The notes beneath the pieces were generated by a model, which made no database searches, was not told the origin of the DNA, and saw only the letters and a list, made by a program, of their open reading frames with translations. Position numbers and translations under genes: made by a program. Of a stretch of 64,000 nt of DNA, positions 47,675 through 64,000 are shown piece by piece (the stretch's first letter is position 1; every line of letters begins with the position of its first letter). Source of the DNA: the human T2T-CHM13v2.0 reference genome, Homo sapiens. The stretch lies in assembly GCF_009914755.1 (NCBI RefSeq), contig NC_060925.1. One strand, given 5' to 3'.

Positions 47675-48119
47675 GTCAGTTGGCATCCCACCAGGAGCCA
47701 GATGACACACCCAAGACAAGGCAGAGGGTTTAATTACAATGGAGCTATTTCCAAAAACATAGATCAGGTACAGGAAAGAGCAAGATCGCCACATAGCCAT
47801 TACTACTCCTAGGCCAGAGAAGCAAGAGAAAGGAGAGAATGGTGGAAACCAGAAGATGAATACCACATAGAGGAAGCCACGTTGAAAGGAATAGTGACCT
47901 TCAGCTGAGGCCACAGCCAGCTCAAGGTCCTCACAAAGAAGGAAAAAGGGAACTGAATATATCAACCTTGCTCTCTTACCAGGGCTCCCAGTTGGCCCAG
48001 CCTCATCAAGAAAGGGAACTTATTGCTATAGTCCACACAGGTCAGCTTCCTGGAACAGAGGGCAAGGAGATAAGGGTGGAGAATGGATCTAGAGGCACAA
48101 ATAGAAGCTATCTGACATA
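47675..48119 (-). mobile_element. LTR33-like ERVL LTR
   Basis: gtccacacaggtcagcttcctgg...gggtggagaatggatctagagg... Confidence 0.65.
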
Positions 48120-49480
48120 GACTTAAAGGGACATTTACTGCTCAAAACTTTCAGTGTCCATGCTTGTTCCCACTTCCAGCCATGAATATACAAGGGAGTG
48201 AAGGCCAATCTGTTTACACAATTGAGACCACACCCTAGAGAGCAAATTCATAATGCTAAGCGCAGTAGCTGTGGAGAGTCAATGCATGTCTGACATTAGA
48301 AAGGTCCAGCCTTTTTGAAAAACTCTTTAAGCCTTTGAAGTGTGCTAGTAATGAAAGTCAGTGATTTGGTGTATTTAAGAAAAGGGGGAATAAGAAAGAA
48401 AAAGAGCATAGCAACGATGAGAAGATAATTCCCTGGGAATATATCAGTCACCTAAGAGCCTTTACCAAAAAAAAAAAAAGTTTGAGCTCCAAAGACACAA
48501 AGTTAGAGCCAATGCAACCCTGATATATGTATCTTTTTAAAATCTATGAGTGATCTTGATAACAATCACAGTTAAGAATCATTGTCAGAGTCCCAGAATG
48601 GATAGGCTTATGGTAGAAGTACTAGGGACTCCTAGAAAATATAGAAAAAGAAAGAAGAAATTCCCAAGCCAAAGTAGGACATTCTGACAGTGCCCCTTAG
48701 CCTCTGACTGGTTTAAAGAGTATGAGGGCAGAAAGTACTTGACAAGTTTTTTCTAAAAACTAATGCCAAGCAGTTTGACCATAAAAATAAACCACTTGCT
48801 CTTTCTTATTTTATTGATGCTCAGTATCCCTACTGGGCTATTTACAGTTAGGTGCTTTGTCTAAGTATGAGCCAAAGTATATAGAGAGGAGAAGACTACT
48901 GAGCGTTTTCTCAAAATACAACCCTATTGTGTGGTAAACCATATATGTCAAAACTGAAGAAAAAAAATGGTCATTATAAACATCAGTGGCAGGTCTTAGA
49001 AGACATTCGGAAAATGACAGCCTCAACTCACCTCAAAACCTCTCCACTCCTAACTCCAGTCTGTACACAGTTCTTGAGCCAAACTGCTGCTGAAGTCCAT
49101 GATGACCCAGGTGTAAATAAGACCTTGGGCTCTGAAGAAAATTAAGCAGAAAAAACTGGGGCTGGCATTTCTCCCTGGAGAGTTGGCCTAAAGAAATCTA
49201 GAGAGAAGCTAAAGGAATGGAGTGAGTCCGCACCCCTGAGGCTGAAAGAATACAAGAAAGGACATTCCAGCAGCCTCCTGTCTGCTGGTAGAATTGCAAC
49301 CATTTGTAGCATAGTATGACTACAACCAGACCTGATCCTCAAGGAGTCCACAAAGTAGAACGACTATCTGACGGTGCCCAGCATCCAGGGAGGGAAGATG
49401 TATGAGGACAAGGCATGTATATAAGTCTTTACAACCAATGGAAAATAACTAAATTCTCCTGTTTAAAAAATAGAGACTAG

Positions 49481-49708
49481 AGGAGTTTGAAACCAGCCTG
49501 TGCAACATGGTAAAACCCTATCTCTACAAAAAATACAAAAAATTAGCCAAGCATGGGGGCATATGCCTGTAAGGCCGAGGTGGGAGGATCACATGAGGCC
49601 AAAAAGTCAAGGCTGCAGTGAGCCGAGATCATGTCACCGCACTCCAGCTTGGGTGACAGAACGAGACCCTGTCTCAAAAACAAACAAACAAACAACAACA
49701 ACAAACCA
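49481..49708 (+). mobile_element. 5'-truncated, internally deleted AluJ
   Basis: Begins at aggagtttgaaaccagcc; short deletion after gcctgta; (CAAA)n tail. Confidence 0.88.
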
Positions 49709-50532
49709 AGAAAAGAGGCTGACAGGTTAAGCTAAAATACAAAAATAAAGCTATATTCTATTTATAAAAAACACTTTAAAAAATAATAAAGAATGGTTGA
49801 CAATAAAGCAAAAGGCAAAAAAATTCAGGCAAATATCAAGAAAAAGAAAATAGAAGTAGCAAGAAAAATGTCACACAAGTAGAATTTAAAGATAGGAATA
49901 TTAAACAGAATGAATAAGAACATTATGTAAATAAAGGCAAAACTTACGAAGAAGATAAAATAGTGATAAACCTATACACATCACAAAATATAAGTTAAAT
50001 ATGTAAAGCATATGAAAATAGAAATAAAAGAAGAATTCAACTAAAATACAATTAGAAGAAGCTATTTTAATACACTTATTACAGAATTTGTTATATATAG
50101 TAAACAATAAGTCAAAGGCAAATTAAATAATACTTGATTTTCAGATAGAAAAAAAATTTACATCCCTTAAATAGCAAATACATATTTCTTTCATATATTG
50201 AAGGAACGTTTACAAAAGCAAGTTATGTACTTGGCCACAAAAGAAAACTCACAGGCTAAATGTATTATAAATTTTATAAGCCATATTTTCTGATAATAAT
50301 ATAATACAATTACAAATAATAAAAAGTTGGTGCCAAAAATATTAAATAGTTGAAAATTTATTCACAAATATCTAGACAATGCTTAAAGAGACAATCTGAA
50401 TCACAAACGATCTGAAGAGCAATGAAAAGGAGTTTGTTTCAAATTCTTTGACACTAAGCAAAAATTAAATGCACAGTTTTAAATGTCTTCGTAATTTAAA
50501 AATAGATATAAAACAAAGAATCCTTGTTCACA

Positions 50533-50672
50533 GTTTTTTTTTTGTTTTGTTTTTTTGGAAAGGCAATGTCTTGGCATGTTGCTGGCCTCAAGCTCCTTCT
50601 AGGCTCAAGAAATCCTCCCATCTTGGCTTCCCAAAGTGCTGGGATTACAGGCATGACCCACTGTGCCCAGTC
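50533..50672 (-). mobile_element. FLAM-like Alu monomer
   Basis: Poly(T) followed by ...cccaaagtgctgggattacaggcatgacccactgtgcccag. Confidence 0.8.
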
Positions 50673-51204
50673 AGTTCACTCATTTAACAGATCATTAAAA
50701 TAAAGGAAAAAACACACAGGAGAAAGGAATTAATAAATCTAAAATATTTTATTAATGAAGAATAAAATAAAATTGGTAGATATATAAAATAAATACAAAA
50801 GGTTACTTTTGGAAAAAAGTAAAACAGATAATACCATTGTGTACCTGATTATAGCACAAATAGACAACATTAGGAATAAGAAAAGGGATAAAATTACGGA
50901 TTCAGGAGATAAAAAGAACTAGAATATTTCATACAACCCTGTGGCAACAAGTTTTGAAACCCATAAGAAAGAAATGACTTGGTAGTAATATCAAAATAAT
51001 TTTTGAGAGACATGGAAAACTTGAATAAACTAATAACTATTGAAATAAATTGGAAAGTGATTTAAGTCTACTATGGAAAAGGGCACAAGACAGGTAAGTC
51101 AACAGCTAAGCTTTACCTGTTCCCGAAATTATCAAAAGCTTCCCAATTCACTTTATAAGACCAATATATCTCTAATGCCAGAACATAAAAATCAAATAAG
51201 AATA

Positions 51205-53344
<2,140 letters not shown>

Positions 53345-53345
<1 letters not shown>

Positions 53346-53464
53346 TTGAAAAGAGAATTTCATAAAGAAAATCTGAAAGAAAAGGAATATGGGGAAGAAG
53401 TTTCTTCCCTTATTTTTACAGAGAGAAGTAAGCTTCTTACTTTTAATTTGTATTTCTCCTTACA
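53345..53464 (-). mobile_element. Possible ERV1 LTR 5' fragment
   Basis: Reverse complement starts tgtaaggagaaatacaaattaaaag...aaaataagggaagaa; family uncertain. Confidence 0.4.
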
Positions 53465-55124
53465 TTGGTCCTTGAGTAAAAATACTTACTGTTATTAAAA
53501 ATTAATCTCCCCAAATGAATATATAATGTAATGCAATTCCAATTTGAATCTCAACAGATGGGGTTATTTTGTAATTAGATACCTATTAAAGTTTATATAG
53601 ATTTATAAATGCCTAAGAAGAACCAAAATGAACATGAAAAAGAAGGAAAAACAAGACACAGAGCACACTATAAAACCAATATAATCAGATCAATTTAATA
53701 ATGGTAGAAATAGACACGCTAATCACAACAACAGAATAGTAAATACAGAAATAGATCCCAGTACAAATAAGAGGTGAAAATAGAATGAAGGCATGGAAGA
53801 TGTGGATTATTTAATGAATGCTGCTGTCATAAGTGGCCACGTGTCCAGAAGAAAATAAAAGTGGTCTTCTATACAACATACAAAACTGAATTTCATATGG
53901 ATTAATGGCTTAAACATATGTGCAAAACACAATCTTGCAAGAAAAACCATTCTAAGTCATCTAAGTCAGCATAAGGCTGGATGATGCCATTTTAACAAGA
54001 CTGGAAACTCAGAGAGAGAGAGAGAGACTATTTGTTCACCAAACAGAACACATTCAGGCTAATGTCCACAGTTTATTTATTTTTAAAAAGTTCTTCCAAA
54101 TTGTCAGGAAGACAAACTAATAGAAAACAGGCAAAGGATATATAGACAATCCAGAGAAGAACAGTTCTAAATAGCCATCAAACATGTGAAAATAGGTATA
54201 AATTTATTAGGAAGGATAAGAAAATAACACTTAAAATTTAACAGACTGACAAAAAATTAAAAATAACAATAATACCTATTACTGGTAGGGATGAGGAGAA
54301 AACAGGATGTTGTGGAAATGGGAAATGTTATAGGCTTACTCTATGAATTAGATTAAGGTTACTGGTTAAATAACTTTAACCTTAAGTAACCAACTGCTTA
54401 CTATAAAAATATTTCTTTAGTAAAATTATTGAATTGACATATTTTTAAAGGCAGCATCAAAACAGTAGCCCCACATAGAAGTCATTCAAGCAGGCTCATT
54501 TGCCCAGAGAAATACCCAAGATCCTGGGAGAGGAACCAGAGGGAAAAGGAGACAGAGAAGAAAAGGGAAAGGTAGCTGTGGCCAAAGGCTGAGATTCCCT
54601 CCCAGCCGCTTAGCCAAAGCACTAGAAATTTCCTGCAGGATTAAAAAAATAAAAATATTCACCAGGAGTCATGAGTACTGATTTCCAACACAATTAAAAT
54701 CCTCCTAAAACAGCACTGGAAGCCTCCAGCACACAAATAAGTTATATTCCAGTTGTCTGTAGCTGGGAATGGATTTACCCATAAAAACAGTATGATAAAT
54801 CTCCTAAAGCAGCTCACACAAATTAAATCACTTACACTGGCAACGAGAAGAAAGAGAAAATGCAAAATCTTGTTGCTAAAGCACATTATTTCAGCAACAT
54901 TCTGGGTTTGCCTTGGAACCTAAATCCATTTGCATCAATGTTTCAAGGAGTAACAAAATGCTATTCTATTTGTAATAATGTTACAAACTCCATTTGTGAC
55001 AATGTTTCAACAACGCAAATTCAGTGATTCCTCATAAAAAGAAAATACAAAAGCAATAGAAGAACATCCTCTTGCTCACATCCTATATGTGATCCTGTTT
55101 CTCTTCCCAGCTCTCTAGCTGGAG

Positions 55125-55352
55125 AATAATAACAATAGCAACATCTACTACTTACTCTGATAAAGTTCAGTTCAGGACACTTTTTGCATGCGTAATTTAA
55201 TCATCACATAATCTCGTGATCTAAATATTATACTCATCTTATTTAAACATGGCGGTAAGTTCCAAAATACTTAACTTGTCCTCTGCCACTTAACCAGTAG
55301 GCAACTGAGAGAGAAATATCTGATTCTCAAGCTATGTTTTAACCTGCTATAT
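55125..55352 (-). mobile_element. MIR SINE
   Basis: aataataacaatagcaacat...atttaatcatcacataatctcgtga...taacttgtcc. Confidence 0.65.
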
Positions 55353-56497
55353 GCCACCAAAGTTCCAGTATTCTGCCCCCAGAACACTGGGTCACGTACC
55401 ATCTGGCCCAAGTCCAAATTCAAGAAATGCCAGGCTCCTGGACCTTTACCACCACACCGTGCATTTCACAACCACCAACCAGAAAAGAATATGTGAGCCT
55501 CTGGGCCACACATCTCTGCTCCTGAGAACATTCCTTGGAATAAAATGGATCTGCCATTCAAATGTATGGAAAGATTTGAGATCCATTGGAGGGCTCCTTT
55601 GTAGAGTTTTGTGACATCAGTGGAGGCTGTAGGGATAAGGATGGTGTTCCAGTTCCTGAAGAAATTCCACCAGATTCCAACTGGCTGCAGACAATCCACA
55701 TTCGGGAACATTTTGATTCATGGATGTCCACGACCTTGAGTGCTAGCCCCAAATGAATTCAGCACACAAGGTTCTTGTTTAATAGGTGACCTTCCCAAAA
55801 TAGCTACAGATATTAGCTCTCCCTGCAAGATCTCTCTGGGGAAGTTTAAGAGACAGATTTGCCTTTCAGCTTTCCAAATCCCTTGTTTGGGGTTTTAGAA
55901 AATAACTCACAATCAGAGCACTCCCTCTACCTATCATCACTTTACTTTTAACAAAACTGAATCACTTGGAGCTTTGTACTGTATTTATTTTCACTGATCT
56001 CATTTTTTTCCCTTTCTTCATTTTTTCCACTTAAGGGACCATTTTCCCACATTTTGCCTAAGGCTTTGTCCCATGAGAGGTGATAATAACTAAGTGCTGA
56101 AAACTTTTGAGATGTTTCATGTAGGTCATTTTGGGTTGTTACTTTTCTTCTTTCTCTTAACACTAAAGACAAAAGGGATAGTAGGGCAGGATATTATTGA
56201 GATATAATAACAGGTATACAGCTTGACTGAGATGAGCTTGTTTCCTAGTTTAGACGAGATGGAATTTTTAAGAGCTGAATTTCTCAAGTGATATTATCAT
56301 CCTGTGAGGAGAAAAGTCTATCAGACAAACAACTCCAAGGGAGCAGGATACTCTTCAAACAAAAGCTCTGTAAGCCCAGAGGCAGATCAACTCACATGAA
56401 AAGGCAAAGGAATCCAGAGGTCAAGTTGGCCACACCTGGACTCTGTAGGCTTCCAAAGGGAGGAACTGGGCATAGTGCTAAGTCAATGAAAAAAAAC

Positions 56498-56630
56498 ACA
56501 TTTATTCATTCACTTATTCACACTATTTCTTGAATATCTACTAAGTTCATAACATACTGTGCTAGGCACTAGGATACAAAGATAAGTAAGACCCAGTCCT
56601 TGCCACCAGAGAATTGCCCCACTCAAGTGA
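56498..56630 (-). mobile_element. L2 3' end
   Basis: tttattcattcacttattca...tactgtgctaggcactaggatacaaagataagtaagacccagtcctt. Confidence 0.8.
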
Positions 56631-57039
56631 AGTAGCTTCTAGCTTTCGCTGCCATTAGGCTTCTTTTTAACAACGAAAACTTTGGTAAGAATAATGATAG
56701 AAAATCTACTTTTTAAATTCATTGGTTGGGAATATACATATGCATATGGACTTACAGATTCCTTTTGGTAAGTCTGGGCAGTACCAGGCACAGAGAAGGA
56801 CTGGGCTAATGAGATGAGCAATGACAGCAACATGGTGAGAGTTGAACCACCTGTCTCAGCTCTGCCTGAGACAGGACTTGCCTTTTGTTCTAAAAACTTT
56901 GGTATCTAGGCCCGCTGCCCTCACTCACAAAAACATCTTCTAATTTATTGCCTAATGCCCAAAATTCCATATTCATAAGTATAACACTTCTCTAGCTCTA
57001 TGACACTACAAAGCACCATCCAAATCATCTCCCTCCTGC

Positions 57040-58520
<1,481 letters not shown>

Positions 58521-58613
58521 ATATATATGGTTAGTAAAATTGTTTTTCTTCCTTCTACTCAATACTTTGATTACAGAACCATGCCATGGCCTCCATGTTT
58601 ATAATAATTTACC

Positions 58614-58954
<341 letters not shown>

Positions 58955-59984
58955 ACTTGCCATTTTCACAATCACAAAAAATAAAGCAGCATTTTGAAAG
59001 GTCATGTCCATTCTCAGTGGCTACTTCTGGAAACACTGACTACAATAAGATCTGCCCAAAGTCTGCTATATTGTGCAAGCTGCTTGCAGGTAATGCCATG
59101 GTAACCTTTGTAGATTTGGTGGGAAATGGTGTTTCTTTCATGTCATCATCCTTTCAGCAAATGTCCCAACTATTCTTTTCACGATGAAGAACTCTAATGA
59201 CCTAATGCACTGAAACCTTAGTGCTACTAACACTGTCTTCATAATCAATTCATGCTGTCAAGATGCTTCCAGGAATTGTATAGTTTAGCAACTGAGGTTC
59301 TCAAAGCAAATAAAAAGACCAAGTTCTCAAGGGTAGGTTTTTCCCATGGGAGTGTATAATTCAGCGGATGTTTAACTAGTGCCAGATTTATCAGGATACT
59401 TCCAACTCTGCATCTGATAAGAAGTGTCTGGAGAATAAATATCTTCTATTTCTCCTCCTGGCCCTAAACAACTCAAGCCTCACCACTCCCAGACATCACC
59501 GAGCTAGCATCACCCTTTGCTACTTGCCAGAAGGTCACCCAGATAAGCTTCTGCGTGGTTTACAAATATGTTTGAAAAATGAAATTCCTTCAGCCAACTG
59601 CAATAATCTGGTTCAACCACACTTTTTTTTTCAGGCAATTCCTTCACAGGCATCTATCTTCTTATGACACACTTATTTAGATGTTATCATGATTAGTAAG
59701 ATATTAAAATCATTTCTGCTCACAACTGACTGTCTTGACACCCATGTGTTCCATGAAGTTCCCTCAGCGTGAGAAAACTCAATGAAACAGGTGGTGAAAT
59801 TTCAATGATACTCAACGCATCAGCACGTTTTAGAAATGGTACACATTGCTGGTCACTCCTTCCCCTGGAAAAGCTGCACCCTCTATGTCTTCATGCTGTG
59901 TAAGAGACTGGCCTCTCCTCTGTGCTTCCACAACCTTTAGTTCTTGATTTGTATGAGCTTGTGGCTTAGCTGTTCAGATTTCTG

Positions 59985-60126
59985 CCTCCCCTGAAGCCTC
60001 AGAGTTCCCTCAAAAGCAGACCAGGAGCCACAGCTTATGGATTTGTTATATTTCCATCATCAGGCCCAATGCCAAGGGTCCAAAATGAGTTCAATGAATA
60101 AATTGTTAATTAGCTAACAAATGAAT
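59985..60126 (+). mobile_element. L2 3' end remnant
   Basis: ...ttcaatgaataaattgttaattagctaacaaatgaat. Confidence 0.5.
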
Positions 60127-61290
60127 ACGACCCTGAGAATACACTTCTGTTGGTTTTTTTATGGGCAGGGTTGGTGAAGTGAAAGTCTGATAACTCACTA
60201 TATAGGTAGGATAGGCCAAGAGTTCCTGTAATTGGCATTCTTTTGACCTCTTATTATCCCAGTGGTTGGATCCTATGAACAATGGACAGAACAATGGTTC
60301 TGAAAGAAAAAGTAGCCCCCAATACAAACCACTCCAGCTGTTCTGGAGTCAACGATAAATTTTCCCAAACTCAGTTCTGAGAAGTGCTCTCAAACAAAAC
60401 TCACCAGCACTCTGAAGAGAGTGAAATCCCTGGTGTTTCTCCTTTAGCTTAACATAGAGCTCTGTAGTTGGTGGCTCATTGGCAATCTTACTCTCCATTA
60501 AAATGCCACAGAATGCAGTCTGTCTCTCAGAACTGACACATCTGTGTGCTTGATAACTCCCTCCTTCCGACAACCGATGTTGACTCATTCCCCACTAGTG
60601 TCACATGAACATCATCAATTGTCCCAGGGCTCAATGGGCTCTGAAAAAGCATCTTAGCACGGAGAACACTTCTCTACCAATCCCCGTCATAAACCTATTT
60701 GGCAGCCTATAGCCCATCTTTTCTGCCTGTTCTTTAATCATCACCTCCTTCCCATTCCCTCCTCTCTGTGACCCTACACACAGGTTCCAAGTCAGAATTG
60801 GAGGAAAATGATAAAAGAATCTGCTCAAGTATTTTATAGTCACTCAGAGGTTAGCAATTTTGGCCTCTAACCATGTTCCATAGTGAAATCTTGTCCTCTG
60901 AAGAAGATAAAGATGAGAATTTTTACATAAAGAATTTTTAAATAAAATAAATATTAAGATAAAAAATACAGCAATTGTGATTCTAACAGGTCAATATAAC
61001 AGAAGTGCACCAAAAATAGCAAAACCTCAAAAACAAGTTATTATTTTCAGAAAGACACCAAATGAAAAGGATCCATCGAGAAGTCAAAGCAATAAAGAGC
61101 GCTTTGGATAATTTACAAAAAAAAAAAATTAATGATGGCTTCCACTGGTCCTGGAATTCCACTGGACCTGCGAATTCATATGAAAGAGACTTTTTAAAGT
61201 AGGATAAGAAAAACAGGATGCTGTGGAACTGATATAATTTTGTATTACACAAACTGGAAGAATAGATTGTTAGAGATATTAGAAAGACTT

Positions 61291-61759
<469 letters not shown>

Positions 61760-61911
61760 TCACAGAAGTATGCACGTATAAGGCTGAAAAAACAAAGACC
61801 CCCTCATGTGGGAGCTTGCCCTTGTAAAACTTTCAGCATAAAGGAGCAGGTCAGACTGTGCTTATAAGCAGTCAAATCTCCTTTTATCTTCCATGTCTCC
61901 CTGCTACACAT

Positions 61912-61912
<1 letters not shown>

Positions 61913-61950
<38 letters not shown>
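61913..61950. repeat. (CA)19 microsatellite
   Basis: Perfect CA run. Confidence 0.98.
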
Positions 61951-61953
<3 letters not shown>

Positions 61954-62251
61954 CAAAAAGGGGCTGAGCTATTTCCTCATTCTGTTCTTCATCACAAGCT
62001 TCTTTTCTTCCCCATTCTAAAGTTCTTCATCTCGAACTTATCCAATATATCACTCCTTCCCAAGGGAGACGAAACCAGGGTGTTGTTCTACTAACAGAAA
62101 TCCCTCAATAGAAAAAGAAACCTCAAGACTGGGGAAGAATAGGTACTATCCATATGGGTGTTATAATTATGTACCCCATAACAATTTTCTGAATGCTTAC
62201 TTGTAGATAAATTTTGTCTTAGGCATGAAGGAGAACAGCAAAAGAAGAGGA

Positions 62252-62420
62252 AATAGCTAATATTTGTTGAACACCTACAAAATGCTGGACACCATGTTAA
62301 GGGTTCTTACATACTCATACATCATCTCATTTAATCCACACAATTCTAAGAGAAAAGTATTAGTATCTTTTTTTTTCTGTTTGCAAATGAGGAAATTAAC
62401 ACTTGGAAATGTTATATAGG
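62252..62420 (-). mobile_element. MIR SINE
   Basis: aatagctaatatttgttgaacacctac...atctcatttaatccacacaa...aaatgaggaaatt. Confidence 0.8.
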
Positions 62421-63666
62421 AGAAGATATTGCAGAGCTTGCAGACAGTTTTCAATGCAAAATAAACACAAATGAAATAATTAGAAGGCTACAGCAAAATC
62501 TATTGCCCACACTAAATACAAAGTGAATGCAAAGAAAAGTGAACACTGTGATGTTTAGAATGAGAACATAATATATGGATCAACAACCTCCGAAGCCAGA
62601 GAACAGAGAGGACAAAATGGAATGACTACCGCAAGTATGTACTTAGAGCTGAAGAGGGATGGGGGTGACGAAGAACAAAGAGAAGTTCCATAGATAAGGG
62701 AGGAAGTCAGAAATCTTTTAACTGTTGGTCTGGGTGATACAACTTTGATCAATAGCAGCCATCCTCACTAAAGTGTACTCCTGTTTTTAGGTCATTATCA
62801 GCAACTGATACTACAAAAAGGTTGAAGAAGGAAGTTCAGTCTGAGAAGAGGCCTGGGTATGGAAAGAGGGAAGTGAATATGGAAAAGCTTCCCTTCTTTG
62901 TTTCTACTGTCCTGTAAAGTGTATTTATATTTTATTATCCTCCATTTCACAGGGTGACAATCAGCAGTGGGATAAGCAGGCACTGTTCCCATGATTCAGA
63001 CGTTAATGCTAAATAATTATTCACTGGGACTTGAAAGAACTCCTCTCCCACCATTCAAAAAGGGAAGGGCTTGGCCAGTCAAATGTTTGGCTATTGTACA
63101 GTACCATAATAGCTGTAAAAAAAAAAAAAAAAAAGAAAGAAAAAACACATCTGTATATTGTAGGAAAAAGTAAGGCAGTCCTTAATACTTTTATAGTATA
63201 AATTGAATAACAGTACTATTACCTACTGAAGGTGTTGGTGTAATCATAGATTACAGTGTTAGAGCTCTATAAATTACAAAACTCCCTCACATGTAAAATA
63301 TTTCATTCTAACGTCATAGATAAGAAAATTTAAACCTTGGAGAATTTAAATAGCTTTTCTATTGTCATTCGTCTTAAAGACAGTAGGTTAAGATCCAAGT
63401 CCAGGGTTTTCTAACTTCAAAAAAAATACTCCAAATCTTGCATGACACTACCCAAAGAAATATGAGACAAAAATACCCATAAAATTCTGAAATGGCTCTT
63501 AATGTCTGTGATCGAATGCCTCTCTTGTTTTGTAAGTAAAACTGAACAATGATCCAAATAACCAAAACTTTTGGTAGCTTTATTTTTTGTCCCTTGTGGA
63601 CCTGTAAAAAAAATATTTTTATTTCATATTTTATCTTCTATTAAAAGAGGAAAAAGCACTAGGACA

Positions 63667-63836
63667 AATATTGTGCTGGTAAATGTTTAACATACAGATT
63701 TTGAGGGTGGGAAAACCCTGATTTGTACAGTTTGCCAGTTTCTGTGGTGTCATACTCCTTACACAGGCAATCACAGTCTACCATGTGGTGTTGGGAAAAA
63801 TGCACGTGATTAGCTCTTGTGAGCCAGGACACACTG
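63667..63836 (-). mobile_element. MER63A-like hAT element
   Basis: tgtgctggtaaatgtttaaca...ccctgatttgta...ttgggaaaaatgcac, the reverse complement of the 6100 element pattern. Confidence 0.75.
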
Positions 63837-64000
63837 AGACTGCCAAACAATTAATCAAAAACCCTCTTGATGGTATATCTTGTTAATAAATGCATCAGTG
63901 ATAGAGAACTATATGCAAATAGCAAGCTCTGGGTGTGAGATTCACCAGGTTAAGAACAGCAGTTGCTCCCTTCTCCAGGAGGATATGCTCCAACACTCCC

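Overview
This is non-coding, repeat-dense genomic DNA from a simian primate. It is human-like: AluY, L1PA and MER41B elements are present. I found no intact protein-coding gene, RNA gene, CpG island or prokaryote-type system. The recognisable ORFs are decayed fragments of Tigger1 transposase, L1 ORF1/ORF2 or Alu. The main structures are: (1) a near-full-length Tigger1 (18230-22631) inside an L2, split by two tail-to-tail L1PA 3' ends with readable TSDs; (2) a ~12 kb nested transposon stack (32.5-44.2 kb) in which an old L1M hosts L1PB, MER44 and MLT1B>MER21, followed by a second L1M with a ~78-bp 5'UTR monomer array and a 2.7 kb antisense L1PA; (3) a full-length MER41B solo LTR (44682-45315) that keeps both tandem GAS/STAT motifs, the best functional candidate as a possible interferon-gamma-inducible enhancer; (4) a rare (CT)14(CG)12 tract that appears to have grown out of an Alu TSD. 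A few splice-site-bounded candidate non-coding exons are listed at low confidence. Repeat names come from recalled consensus sequences, so subfamily calls need RepeatMasker/Dfam confirmation. I cannot support a claim of a wholly new biological system here.
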